This document shows, one piece after another, positions 9,445-18,507 of a stretch of 64,000 nucleotides of DNA. The stretch is from the NCBI GenBank assembly GCA_046760785.1, contig JBHIET010000005.1:1165-65164 (forward strand). The letters are read 5' to 3'. The notes below the pieces were generated by a model that was given only the letters and a program-made list of their open reading frames with translations, had not been told where the DNA came from and ran no database searches. The translations under genes were made by a program, and so were the position numbers. The stretch is from Anaerolineae bacterium. GTDB taxonomy: Bacteria > Chloroflexota > Anaerolineae > B4-G1. How positions within the stretch are numbered: position 1 is the first letter of the stretch; the number at the start of each line of letters is the position of its first letter.

Positions 9445-9993
9445 TCACCCAGTGAAAAACGGCAATTCCTCGCTATCCCACCAGGTCTGGTTCTGGGCGA
9501 GGTAATCGTGGGTGTTCTGCAGGAGGCGATAGTGCTCCTCTTCCTGACCGACCAAGAACTCGTAGGCCTGGCGGGCATGGATATCGTCCGTCCCTTGCGC
9601 ACCCTGGGCGTAGAGTTCACGGGAGATACGCTCCGTCTCCAGCCCGAACTCCAGCGCGGCGATGTCCCCCTCCAGGGAAATCTCCCTGTCGGGGGTGAAG
9701 ACAGGCATAGGCTCCGGCGGCTCCTCCCCCGGCAGGTCCGGGTTGGTGGGGTCCAAGGGGAAGTCCGCCTGCATCGCCTCTTCGTAGGGAAGCCAGCCTC
9801 GCCCTTCTCCCAATGCCCGGTACTCGGCCAGCAGCAGCCGCAGGTGTTGCTCCTCCTGGGCAGCCAGGTCGAGAAACATCGCCTTGCCGCGCTCGCCGAA
9901 GGCTCGCTCGGCGGCCAGGGTGTAAAAGTTGTAGCCATCCCGCTCCAGGCTCATGCCACGTCGCAAAATGCCTTTTGGTGTGTTCCAGTCCAT
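9445..9993 (-). CDS. Ferritin-like di-iron protein (rubrerythrin family, no rubredoxin domain)
   Basis: There are two E..EE.H motifs (LAAQEEQHLRLL and LVGQEEEHYRLL) in a four-helix-bundle-like layout. Confidence 0.7.
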   Translation of the reverse strand: MDWNTPKGILRRGMSLERDGYNFYTLAAERAFGERGKAMFLDLAAQEEQHLRLLLAEYRALGEGRGWLPYEEAMQADFPLDPTNPDLPGEEPPEPMPVFTPDREISLEGDIAALEFGLETERISRELYAQGAQGTDDIHARQAYEFLVGQEEEHYRLLQNTHDYLAQNQTWWDSEELPFFTG

Positions 9994-10029
9994 TTGTGTC
10001 CTCCTCTAGTCATAGCCACGCCGTTTGTG

Positions 10030-10404
10030 TTATGTCAGCCTATCCTGCGGGCGCTGCCTCTCTGGTGGGCGGCGCTCCGGTATGGATTGAACCTCCCGCT
10101 CACCCCGCAGCACCTCGTCGGAGACGTAGAGCGCGCAGTAGCAGGCCCCCCATTCCTCCAAATCGGGGTCGCGATAGTCGCACGGGCAGATGATGTCTTT
10201 GTCCTGCGCCTTGTCCCCCGAGGCCAGCCGGCACGGGCAGGATTGGTAGCCATATCGCTGCCTGTTGATGAGCAGTCCCTCCACCAACCCTCGGGTGAAT
10301 TCCTCGTCAGGGTTGAGGTTGTAGCCGGTGGACTTGGCCCAACGTTTCAAAGTCTCGTAGAGGGCATCCACCTTCTCCGGCGGGATCGAGATTTCCTCGC
10401 TCAT
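10030..10404 (-). CDS. Ferredoxin:thioredoxin reductase catalytic-subunit-like protein (FTRC/FDR family)
   Basis: [24 protein letters not shown]... contains the motif CPC-x14-CPC-x12-CYC. The ATG at 10404 overlaps the upstream stop codon (ATGA). The track ORF is artificially extended to 10611. Confidence 0.8.
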   Translation of the reverse strand: MSEEISIPPEKVDALYETLKRWAKSTGYNLNPDEEFTRGLVEGLLINRQRYGYQSCPCRLASGDKAQDKDIICPCDYRDPDLEEWGACYCALYVSDEVLRGEREVQSIPERRPPERQRPQDRLT

Positions 10405-10691
10405 AGCCCCAGTGCCTCCTTCAGCTTCTCCGGATTGTACCCCACCACGCATTGCCTGCCGTCCAGCACGATAGTAGGGAATGAGACAGCCGGGTTCCAA
10501 CGGCGAACCTGTTCCACCGCTTCTTCCCGCTCTTGGCCCTTGAGCAGATCTATGTAGACGAAGTCGAATTCCACACCCTGGTCTTCCAGGAATTGCCGCG
10601 TCCGTTTGCACCAGATGCAGGTAGATAGGCCGTAGAACATGGTGTGGTGTTCACTGCGGGAACCAAGGATATTGCCTCGCGCCTCTGGCAT
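10401..10691 (-). CDS. Glutaredoxin/NrdH-like thioredoxin-fold protein (CIWC active site)
   Basis: [33 protein letters not shown]. An RBS (gaggag) lies 6 nt before the ATG at 10691. Confidence 0.75.
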   Translation of the reverse strand: MPEARGNILGSRSEHHTMFYGLSTCIWCKRTRQFLEDQGVEFDFVYIDLLKGQEREEAVEQVRRWNPAVSFPTIVLDGRQCVVGYNPEKLKEALGL

Positions 10692-10729
10692 GGACACCTC
10701 CTCGTGAGTATATACAGTTGTGCGGCTCG

Positions 10730-10909
10730 CTACCGCTTCTGCCCAATCTGCGGGTCAATGTTGCCTGGCCCGCCACACTCGGGAGTGTAGCAGGTGGCAT
10801 CCACAAAGTGGCATTTCTCCTTGCAACTGGGGCAGACCTCCGGTGGCTGGGAGGCCTCGAGCGTGTAGCCGCAATTAGAGCACTTCCACCAATTCTTGGT
10901 CTCCTCCAT
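10730..10909 (-). CDS. Rubredoxin-like zinc-ribbon protein (59 aa, absent from the ORF track)
   Basis: Hand translation gives [59 protein letters not shown]. Two CxxC knuckles are present, an RBS (ggagagg) lies 5 nt upstream, and the gene fills an otherwise empty gap in the operon. Confidence 0.7.
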   Translation of the reverse strand: MEETKNWWKCSNCGYTLEASQPPEVCPSCKEKCHFVDATCYTPECGGPGNIDPQIGQKR

Positions 10910-10945
10910 CGATCCTCTCCTTTCTGGATTTGTTTGACGAGTCTC

Positions 10946-11203
10946 TTATGGCCCGTAGGTTTCCACCAGATAATCCACGAGAACTGCCTGCTCATCCTCT
11001 TCCAGCTCTGCCCCCCTGCCTACCATCAGGGTGACGATCCGATTCCACTCCTCGCTGGTCCTATGTGCTTGCTTCACCCGGTCCAGGCTATGGCAGACGG
11101 TGCAGCGTTCCTGCAAGAGTTTCTCGCCCTCAGGGTGACCACAGGCCACCAGGAGGCCAGCCATAACAACCGGCAGAATAAGCCACACCCAAGCCCTTTT
11201 CAC
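10946..11203 (-). CDS. Lipoprotein monohaem c-type cytochrome
   Basis: The signal peptide has a lipobox (LLVAC). There is a single CTVCH haem-binding motif, followed by RTSEEWNRIVTLM. Confidence 0.65.
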   Translation of the reverse strand: MKRAWVWLILPVVMAGLLVACGHPEGEKLLQERCTVCHSLDRVKQAHRTSEEWNRIVTLMVGRGAELEEDEQAVLVDYLVETYGP

Positions 11204-11215
11204 CTCTGCACCCCC

Positions 11216-11983
11216 TCAGTAGTCAGTAATCTCTCCCCCTTCAATCTCACGTGCCTCGCCCAGGTCTAGCGGAAAGTCACGGCCGGGCTGGATCGTCCCA
11301 TCAGCCGAGTAGGGGCCCACGGTGGGCCAGTACCCTTTCTTCTGCTCGGTCTCAAACCGCAGACTTGTGATCACCTTGGGGCCCTTGTAGCCGTACTTGG
11401 GCGGCACCACCAACCGCAGCGGTGCGCCGAACTCGTCCAGCAACGGCTCCCCGTCCATCTCGTAGGCAAAAAGGACGCGGGATTGGGAGAGTTCTTCGAT
11501 GGAGAGGGATTCATAGTAACCATCGGCACACTCGAAATAGACCCACGCCGCCTTCGGCAGCGGCCGTACGATCTCGGCCAGCGCGTCGTAGGTGAACCCC
11601 GCCCAGGATGCCCGGGCCGACCAGCACTCCACGCACTTCATCCGCGTATCCTGCTCCACCCTGGGCCAAGCCAACAGGTCGCCCAATGAGAGAGATTGCG
11701 GGGCTTCCACCAGCCCCTCGACGGTCAGCCGCCACTGGTCGTGCTCTATCGGGATGTAGCGCCGGAAGTAGCGGACGTTCCAGTTGGGTTTGATCGCCGG
11801 ACGGTTCTCGTTGGTCAATACTCTCTCCCTGGACTGCGTCGGATGGGGCAGCGTCGGCGTCTCGACAACTTCCAGGCTGGGCGTTGCCCGCTGAGACGGC
11901 TCACAGGCGGCCGCCAATCCTCCCAACGCGGTCAAAGCGGCCACACGGAGGAAGCGCCGGCGCGTCCACTTTCGTTGATTCAT
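11216..11983 (-). CDS. Molybdopterin oxidoreductase of the sulfite oxidase family (YedY/MsrP-like), Tat-exported
   Basis: Twin-arginine signal MNQRKWTRRRFLRVAALTALGGLAAA. MKCVECWSARASWAGF matches the Oxidored_molyb core. The ATG is at 11983. Confidence 0.75.
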   Translation of the reverse strand: MNQRKWTRRRFLRVAALTALGGLAAACEPSQRATPSLEVVETPTLPHPTQSRERVLTNENRPAIKPNWNVRYFRRYIPIEHDQWRLTVEGLVEAPQSLSLGDLLAWPRVEQDTRMKCVECWSARASWAGFTYDALAEIVRPLPKAAWVYFECADGYYESLSIEELSQSRVLFAYEMDGEPLLDEFGAPLRLVVPPKYGYKGPKVITSLRFETEQKKGYWPTVGPYSADGTIQPGRDFPLDLGEAREIEGGEITDY

Positions 11984-12018
11984 TGCCCTGTCTCCGATCC
12001 AAGCGCCAAGGCGGCTAG

Positions 12019-12738
12019 TTAGACTGCTCCGTAGATAGGAATGCGCGCACCGTTGATAGAAGCGGCACCATCGGAGCAGAGGAAATGCATCGTCGCGGCG
12101 ATGTGCTCCGGCTCCACCCACTTGCGCGGGTCGGCCCTGGGCATTGCGTCTCGGTTGGCAGGAGTGTCAATGATGCTGGGCAGGATCACGTTGGCAGTGA
12201 CGCCGGTTCCCTTGACCTCGGCGGCTATAACCTCGGTCAGCGTGATCAGTCCCATCTTGGAGACCGCGTAAGCGGCTTGCTTGGCCCTCGGCGCGACGGC
12301 GGACTTGGAACTGACGTGGACAACACGCCCCCAGCCAGCCTCCAGCATATGGGGCAGCACTGCCCGCGAGAGTAGAAACGCCGAGCGCAGGTTGAGCGCC
12401 AGCATGCGGTTCCACTCCTCGACCGGTGTCTCTCCCACCGGCTTGCCGCCGCTCCACCCGCCGACGGTGTTCAGCAGCACGTCCACCCGGCCAAAGCGCT
12501 CCACGACGGCTTCCACCAGGCTCTCGATACCCTCGGCCTGGGTGACGTCGGCCGCTACGGTGCAGATGCACTCGGCGGGCAAACCGATCACGGCGACAAG
12601 CCGCTCCAGCTTCCGCTCCGACCGTCCGTTGAGCGCCAGTCGGGCCTCCGTCCGGGCGAATTCTCGCGCCACGGCGGATCCCAACGCCCCCGTCGCTCCG
12701 GTGATCAAAACCACCTTATCGTGCAGCACATCAGACAT
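12019..12738 (-). CDS. SDR family oxidoreductase
   Basis: VVLITGATGALGSAVAREF is a TGxxxGxG motif, and YAVSK is the catalytic YxxxK. Confidence 0.8.
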   Translation of the reverse strand: MSDVLHDKVVLITGATGALGSAVAREFARTEARLALNGRSERKLERLVAVIGLPAECICTVAADVTQAEGIESLVEAVVERFGRVDVLLNTVGGWSGGKPVGETPVEEWNRMLALNLRSAFLLSRAVLPHMLEAGWGRVVHVSSKSAVAPRAKQAAYAVSKMGLITLTEVIAAEVKGTGVTANVILPSIIDTPANRDAMPRADPRKWVEPEHIAATMHFLCSDGAASINGARIPIYGAV

Positions 12739-12774
12739 TGGTCTCGCTCCTTCCTCCTTGGCTCCTTTTTGCCA

Positions 12775-13647
12775 CTAGACGAGTTCCGCCCGCAGCGCCT
12801 CTATTTGCTCCGGTCGTAGCTTTCCCAGCGGTTGCTGTACCAGCGGCCCGGCCTCCAGCGGAAGGACCTGCTCCTCGTAGGTCGGGAGCGGCTTGTCCCG
12901 GTAGACGATGCCGATGGGGATGCGCTCTCCCCACTCCTGCGCCCTGACCCAGGCCGTCGTTCGATCCCGAGGGTCGTACCCTTCTTCATCCTCCAGCTTG
13001 TAGACCCGTTCCCTGTAGAAGTCATAAGCGCTGGCCCGGTTAAAGGTGACGCAGGGCTGGAGCACGTCCACCAGGGCGTACCCTGGATGCTGTAACGCCT
13101 CGCCGATGAGCCAGACCAGGTGACGCAACTCGCCCGCATAGCCCCGGGCTACAAAGGTGGCTCCGGCAGCGATGGCTAGTGACAGCGGCTGCACTGGCCT
13201 GTCAATAGCCCCTTCCGGCGAAGTAGGCGTGCGCATGCCTGGCTCGCTGGTGGGGGAGTACTGGCCCTTCGTCAGACCGTAGACCCGGTTGTCCTGTACG
13301 ACGTCCACCAGATCAATGTTGCGCCGAATGGCGTGCAGCCAGTGGCCCAACCCCATGCCATATCCGTCACCGTCGCCGTGGACAGTCATAATCTTGAGGC
13401 TATGGTTGGCCAGCCTGGCCCCGGTGGCCACTGCCAATGCCCGACCGTGAATGGTGTGAAAACCATTGACCTTCATATAGTGTGGTAATTTGCTCCCGCA
13501 GCCGATGCCGGTGAACACAACCACTTCGTGAGGCGCGATGTTCTGCTCAGCCAGGGCCATTTTGATCGCGTTCAAAATGCCATAGTTGCCGCATCCCTTG
13601 CACCAGGTAGGCCGCTTGGGGTTGTCGAAGTCCCTTCTCGTAAGCAT
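12775..13647 (-). CDS. korB: 2-oxoacid:ferredoxin oxidoreductase beta subunit (TPP-binding)
   Basis: WCKGCGNYG, TGIGCGSK and HGDGDGYGMG are TPP/Fe-S motifs of the KorB family. Confidence 0.85.
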   Translation of the reverse strand: MLTRRDFDNPKRPTWCKGCGNYGILNAIKMALAEQNIAPHEVVVFTGIGCGSKLPHYMKVNGFHTIHGRALAVATGARLANHSLKIMTVHGDGDGYGMGLGHWLHAIRRNIDLVDVVQDNRVYGLTKGQYSPTSEPGMRTPTSPEGAIDRPVQPLSLAIAAGATFVARGYAGELRHLVWLIGEALQHPGYALVDVLQPCVTFNRASAYDFYRERVYKLEDEEGYDPRDRTTAWVRAQEWGERIPIGIVYRDKPLPTYEEQVLPLEAGPLVQQPLGKLRPEQIEALRAELV

Positions 13648-13649
13648 CT

Positions 13650-15470
13650 CTACGCCTCCGTTTGAGTTTCGGGTTTCGAGTTAACCTGCAACTCGCAACT
13701 CATGACGTATTCTGGAGTAAAAGCACGGCCATCATACCTGAGGATGATTTCATCCACCGCCCGGCCGGTCTTGGCCCGGATGAGCGTCGCCAGTTGGGCG
13801 GTGGCGTTTCCTTCCACACCGACGAGCCGCCTGGCTGGCTTCAGGGCCGCCGTCACCGCCTCTGTCGGGAAGGGCCACAGGTCCACAAAATGCAGGAGGT
13901 TGGCTCGACCTGTCCTGAGCGAAGTCGAAGGTGCCGCTCGCCCCGCGTTCAGCCGATCCACCGCCTCCCGCAGTGGGCCGTAGGTGGAGCCCCAGCAGAC
14001 GAAAGTGACCTCCACATTATCAGGCCCGTACCGTGTGGGGCCGGACATCTCCCCGACCATGCCGGTCAGCTTGCGCTGCCGTTTCTCCGTCTGGGCCGTG
14101 CGCATCTCCGCTTCTTCGGTGATCGCCCCGCTCTCGTCGTGCTCGTTTCCGGCAGCGACGTAGACCGCATTGGGATGTCCGGGCAGCGCCCGTGGCGAGA
14201 CACCCGAACTTGTCCTGAGCCCTGTCGAAGAGTCTGTGATACGATAGCGCAGGTACTTCCCTTCCAGCGCATCCAACTCCGCTGCGCTCAACAGCGCTCC
14301 CCGGTCAATCTCCACCGCCTCGAAGTCAAAGGCATCGAGTTCCAGCGTGCGCACTGCCACGGCCAGGTAGTGGTCGCTGAGCACCAGGGCCGGCGTCTGG
14401 TACTTTTCTGCCAGGTTGAAGGCGCGCCAGCCGGCCGTGAAGCATTCCTCGTGAGTGCCGGGGGCCAACAGGAAGCGGGGAAACTCTCCCTGCGAAGCGT
14501 GAAGCATAAAGAGCATATCCCCCTGCTCTTGGCGCGTGGGCAAACCGGTAGAAGGCCCCGGTCGTTGGGCATTATAGATGACGACCGGCGTCTCCGTCAT
14601 TCCGGCCAGCCCCAGCGCCTCCACCATCAGTGCAAATCCCCCACCTGAGGTCGGCACCAGCGCCCGCGCTCCCACGTGAGCGGCTCCGATGGCCATGTTA
14701 ATCGCCGCGATCTCGTCCTCGGTATGTTTGGTCACCACGCCATAACGGGCCGCGTGGGCCGCCATCCAGTGCAGCACCGGTGACCCTGGCGTCATCGGGT
14801 AGCCGGCCACGAAGCGACAGCCCCCCGCCAGCGCCCCCAGGGAGAACGCCTGAGTGCCATTGACCACCATCCGGGGTGGCGCGTCTGGTATCATCTTCAG
14901 CTTGAAGGGGAAATCGGCAGCGTACACTCTCCCTTCCCGATAACCGGCCTCTGCGGCTGCCAGGTTGCCGTCCACCATTGTCTGGCCCTTGCGGGCAAAG
15001 TTCTGGCGGATGACGCTCTCCATAGGCTCCAGGGCGAAGCCGGTCATCCCTGCCGCGACGCCCAACGCCACGGTGTTGCGCGCCAACACGGTCCCGGCCT
15101 TCTCTTTGGCGATGTCGCTCAGGGGTATGCCCAGATAGCGAACGGCGTCTCCCGGTGGCTGCTCCGCCGGCACCTGGGTTGAGTCATAGACGATAACTCC
15201 TCCCTTGACAATCTTGTCCCGATGGCGCGGGATCGTCTCTTCGGTCAGCGCCAGCAACAGGTGCACCGGCTCCGTGTGGGAGTAGAGCGGCCGGTCGCTC
15301 ACGCGGATGGAGAAGAAGTTGTGCCCGCCCCGGATACGCGAGTAATAGTCGGGCAGGCCAAAAATGTGCAACCCACCCCGGGCCAGCGCCTTGCAGAACC
15401 CGGCGCCGCTGGACTCCACCCCGTCGCCCGCCGCCCCGCCGATCCTGATGGTCATCTCGTTGGTTGTCAT
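13650..15470 (-). CDS. korA: 2-oxoacid:ferredoxin oxidoreductase alpha subunit (fused gamma-alpha type)
   Basis: N-terminus IRIGGAAGDGVESSG, 606 aa, 2 nt upstream of korB. Confidence 0.85.
   Translation of the reverse strand: MTTNEMTIRIGGAAGDGVESSGAGFCKALARGGLHIFGLPDYYSRIRGGHNFFSIRVSDRPLYSHTEPVHLLLALTEETIPRHRDKIVKGGVIVYDSTQVPAEQPPGDAVRYLGIPLSDIAKEKAGTVLARNTVALGVAAGMTGFALEPMESVIRQNFARKGQTMVDGNLAAAEAGYREGRVYAADFPFKLKMIPDAPPRMVVNGTQAFSLGALAGGCRFVAGYPMTPGSPVLHWMAAHAARYGVVTKHTEDEIAAINMAIGAAHVGARALVPTSGGGFALMVEALGLAGMTETPVVIYNAQRPGPSTGLPTRQEQGDMLFMLHASQGEFPRFLLAPGTHEECFTAGWRAFNLAEKYQTPALVLSDHYLAVAVRTLELDAFDFEAVEIDRGALLSAAELDALEGKYLRYRITDSSTGLRTSSGVSPRALPGHPNAVYVAAGNEHDESGAITEEAEMRTAQTEKRQRKLTGMVGEMSGPTRYGPDNVEVTFVCWGSTYGPLREAVDRLNAGRAAPSTSLRTGRANLLHFVDLWPFPTEAVTAALKPARRLVGVEGNATAQLATLIRAKTGRAVDEIILRYDGRAFTPEYVMSCELQVNSKPETQTEA
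13904..13932. repeat. Short palindromic element (GTCCTGAGC...GTCGAAGG type) in frame inside korA
   Basis: ctcgacctgtcctgagcgaagtcgaaggt encodes ..APSTSLRTGR.. in the korA frame. Confidence 0.6.
14205..14231. repeat. Second copy of the same palindromic element in frame inside korA
   Basis: cgaacttgtcctgagccctgtcgaaga encodes SSTGLRTSS, interrupting the conserved ..TD-GVSPRALPG block. Confidence 0.6.
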
Positions 15471-15482
15471 ACTTCCCTCCGC

Positions 15483-16298
15483 CTAACCTAAGGCCACGTC
15501 CAACGTCATCATCACTGCGAAGCCGACCATCGCCCCTACTGTCGCAATATCCGTGTTCTTCTCCAACTGCGATTCGGGTATCAGCTCTTCGACCACCACA
15601 AATATCATCGCTCCGGCGGCGAACGCCAGCGCGTAAGGGAGGATGGGCCGCATCAGGATGACAGCCGCCGCACCGATCACACCGGCGATGGGTTCAACAA
15701 CCCCGGACAACTGCCCGTACCAAAAGCTTTTGAGCAGGGACGTCCCCTCCCTCCGCAGCGGAACCGAGACGGCAGCCCCTTCAGGAAAGTTCTGGATGCC
15801 GATGCCCAGTGCCAGCGCGATTGCCCCGGTCAGCGTCGCTGCGGGCAAGTGAGCGGCCAGCGCCCCAAAAGCGACCCCCACCGCCAACCCCTCCGGGATG
15901 TTGTGCAACGTGATCGCCAGCACCAGGAGGACACTCCGCTGCCAGCCTGTTTTTATTCCCTCCGCCTCCTCCATCGGGAATCCGGAGTGGAGGTGGGGCA
16001 GAATTTTGTCCACCAGCCAGAGAAACGCCCCTCCCAGCAGGAAACCAGCCGTAGCGGGGATCCAGGAAGGCACGCCCAATCCATCGGCCATCTCTATCGC
16101 CGGTGCCAGGAGCGACCAAAAACTGGCGGCGATCATCACGCCTGCAGCGAACCCCAGCATACCGTCCAGCACTTTTCTGTTGATGTTTTTGAAGAAAAAG
16201 ACTATGCCGGCCCCCAATGCGGTCACGAACCAAGTAAAGCCGGTGGCCGCCAGGGCTTGCCATATTGGGTTCAGACGCTCGAACCATTGTATTGTCAC
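15483..16298 (-). CDS. ZIP family metal cation transporter (ZupT-like)
   Basis: The protein is multi-TM and carries the [10 protein letters not shown] signature. Confidence 0.8.
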   Translation of the reverse strand: MTIQWFERLNPIWQALAATGFTWFVTALGAGIVFFFKNINRKVLDGMLGFAAGVMIAASFWSLLAPAIEMADGLGVPSWIPATAGFLLGGAFLWLVDKILPHLHSGFPMEEAEGIKTGWQRSVLLVLAITLHNIPEGLAVGVAFGALAAHLPAATLTGAIALALGIGIQNFPEGAAVSVPLRREGTSLLKSFWYGQLSGVVEPIAGVIGAAAVILMRPILPYALAFAAGAMIFVVVEELIPESQLEKNTDIATVGAMVGFAVMMTLDVALG

Positions 16299-16535
16299 AA
16301 CTCTGCCCCGCCCTTCATCAATCTGCCCGGCGGTAAACTCGGTCTACCCAGCGCCTTGACCCCCCGCCGCATCGCCGCACCTTTGAACCGGATCGGGAAA
16401 TCAATCATCAATTTGGCGATGTGGCCTTTAACCTGGCCGCCAGTCCGTGGTACAGTTCCTCGGCGGCTTTCTCCGCGCCAATCGCCAGCTCGAAAAGCTC
16501 GGCGACAGTCACACCTCGGGACATATATTTTGCCT

Positions 16536-17486
16536 CTATTGTCTCGGAGGAACGATGGCGTCAATCTGAGCCAGCACGTCCTCATCTAGCTCTACGTCCA
16601 CCGCCTTCAGGTTGCTCTCGACGTGGGCCACCCTGGTTGCGCCGGTGATGACGCTGCTCACACCCGGCTGGCGCAGAATCCAGGCCAGGGCCAGTTGGGT
16701 GCGAGTGATGCCCAGCCCGGCGGCGATGGGCTTGAGACGGCGCACCAGCTCTCGCTTCTCTTCGGTGAACCAGGATTCGCGCAGCCAGTCCTCGCGGGCC
16801 AGGCGGCTGTTCTCCGGCAATCCATCGTCATACTTGCCGGTGAGCAGCCCCGATGCCAACGGACTGAAAGTGGTCAGCCCGATTCCATTTGGTTCGGTCA
16901 CAGGCAGAATCTCTCGTTCCACCCGGTCGCGGTACAGGATGCTGTACTGCGGCTGCTCGACCTGCGGCCAGTAGAGGTTGTACTGCCGCGCCAACCCGAC
17001 TGCCTCCGCAATCTGCGCGCCGCTCCACTCGCTGGTGCCCCAGTAGAGGATTTCACCCTGGTGCACCAGGTCGTCCATCGCCCGTACTACCTCCTCCAAC
17101 CCTGTCTCTGGGTCGTAACGATGGCAGTAGTAGAGATCGAGATAGTCGGTGCCGATGCGCTTGAGCGATTTATGCACCGAATCCATAATGTGCTTACGCG
17201 AAAGCCCCTGGTCGTTGACGTCGTCGCTCATCGGCCAAAAGACCTTGCTGGAGATGACCAGCGTATGACGCGGGAACTCGCGCAGCACTGCCCCCATCAT
17301 CCGTTCCGCCTCCCCGCCAGCGTAGACATCGGCGATATCGAAGAAGTTGACACCATTCTCGTAGGCGGTGACGATGATCTGACGGGCCAGGTCAGCATCT
17401 TTGACGCTATTGCCGAAACTGAGCCATCCTCCCAGGCCCAACACACTGACCTTTAGCCCGGCGTTGCCTAATCTACGGTATTTCAC
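16536..17486 (-). CDS. Aldo/keto reductase (Kv-beta-like)
   Basis: VKYRRLGNAGLKVSVLGLGGW. The GTG at 17486 is preceded by ggaggggg. The track ORF is extended to 17543. Confidence 0.8.
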   Translation of the reverse strand: MKYRRLGNAGLKVSVLGLGGWLSFGNSVKDADLARQIIVTAYENGVNFFDIADVYAGGEAERMMGAVLREFPRHTLVISSKVFWPMSDDVNDQGLSRKHIMDSVHKSLKRIGTDYLDLYYCHRYDPETGLEEVVRAMDDLVHQGEILYWGTSEWSGAQIAEAVGLARQYNLYWPQVEQPQYSILYRDRVEREILPVTEPNGIGLTTFSPLASGLLTGKYDDGLPENSRLAREDWLRESWFTEEKRELVRRLKPIAAGLGITRTQLALAWILRQPGVSSVITGATRVAHVESNLKAVDVELDEDVLAQIDAIVPPRQ

Positions 17487-17597
17487 AATTGCCCCCCTCC
17501 GTGTCAGATATCTATCCCCCACACAGTGCGTCACAGGATCCAACCAGGAAACTCAACGCCGCCACGCCCACACTCAGGGCTATGCAGATCAGGCCCC

Positions 17598-17879
17598 CTA
17601 CACAGCGCCGTCTTGTTCCAGCACCCCAACCACAGAAAATCCTTCCAGCACATCTGCGCCGTGGGGGGCTTGATCCAGACTGGCGGTCAAATCCACTCCA
17701 GCTATGTGCAAAACCTGATGCCGACCATTCTGCCACAAGAAGCTGTGAGATACGTCATATACCCTGCCCTTATAGGCTATGAAGGCAGATGCCCCGTCCT
17801 TACCATTGCATTGAGCAAGTTCCTTTATTGTAAACCTTCGCATCTCCAAAACCCCGCCGATGCCCTGTATTGGAGGCAT
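17598..17879 (-). CDS. Cytochrome b5-like haem/steroid-binding domain protein
   Basis: FTIKELAQCNGKDGASAFIAYKGRVYDVSHSFLWQNGRHQ..HIAGVDLT. An alternative start lies at 17843. Confidence 0.65.
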   Translation of the reverse strand: MPPIQGIGGVLEMRRFTIKELAQCNGKDGASAFIAYKGRVYDVSHSFLWQNGRHQVLHIAGVDLTASLDQAPHGADVLEGFSVVGVLEQDGAV

Positions 17880-17924
17880 CGGGGAGGCCCTGGACGCAGA
17901 GCCTCCCCTTTGCCGAATCCGATC

Positions 17925-18476
17925 CTACTCCAGGAACTTGCGAACAAAGGGAGAAGTCTCCCCTCGACGCAGGAAGTGACCAGAGGGACCCTCACCCAAG
18001 AACTCGGAGAACCACGATTCGTGCTCCACCTCTTCATTGAGGATCGCCAGAGACAAATCATAGGTCCGATGATCCTTGCCGGCGGTCATGTTGCAGATCT
18101 GGGTGTATCCACGCACGGCGCACCGTTCGGCCTCCACCAACACCGTCAGCATCGCCTCAATGTCAGTGGGGTCCTCGGGGAGACCAGCCGGCGGGCAGGC
18201 CGACACGTCATGGAACTCCTTCATGTCGTCTGGAAGTTTGCCCCCTAGTTCGTAGATGCGAGGGACCAGGGCTTCAAAGTGATTGCGATCCTCAATGCGG
18301 GCTGTCTCAGCGATCTCTTTGATGCCCTCCCCCTTCAGTCCGATCAGGTTCACCCTTAGAATTGTGTAATAGTAATAAGTGGTGAGCTCGGCGGCTGCAT
18401 TCTTAACCAATAGTTCCAACAACTGGTCAACGTCCACTCCCGCCCTTTCTACCACTTCTCGTGCTACTTTAGCCAT
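17925..18476 (-). CDS. DPS-like (DPSL / 'thioferritin') ferritin-superfamily protein, paralogue 1
   Basis: There is a ferritin-like di-iron helix pattern (IEDRNHFEAL, NEEVEHESW) and the conserved Cys pair (SACPP...AERCAV). Confidence 0.7.
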   Translation of the reverse strand: MAKVAREVVERAGVDVDQLLELLVKNAAAELTTYYYYTILRVNLIGLKGEGIKEIAETARIEDRNHFEALVPRIYELGGKLPDDMKEFHDVSACPPAGLPEDPTDIEAMLTVLVEAERCAVRGYTQICNMTAGKDHRTYDLSLAILNEEVEHESWFSEFLGEGPSGHFLRRGETSPFVRKFLE

Positions 18477-18507
18477 TATCCTTTTTCCTTTCTTGCTCGT
18501 CGTAAAA

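Noticed and set aside
16408-16524. A 38-aa minus-strand ORF (MSRGVTVAELFELAIGAEKAAEELYHGLAARLKATSPN) resembling the first helix of a ferritin-like/rubrerythrin-family protein; it could be a frameshifted remnant.
   Set aside because: The match is only one helix long. The continuation in other frames is not convincingly ferritin-like, and I cannot run a search. The evidence is too weak to call a gene or pseudogene.
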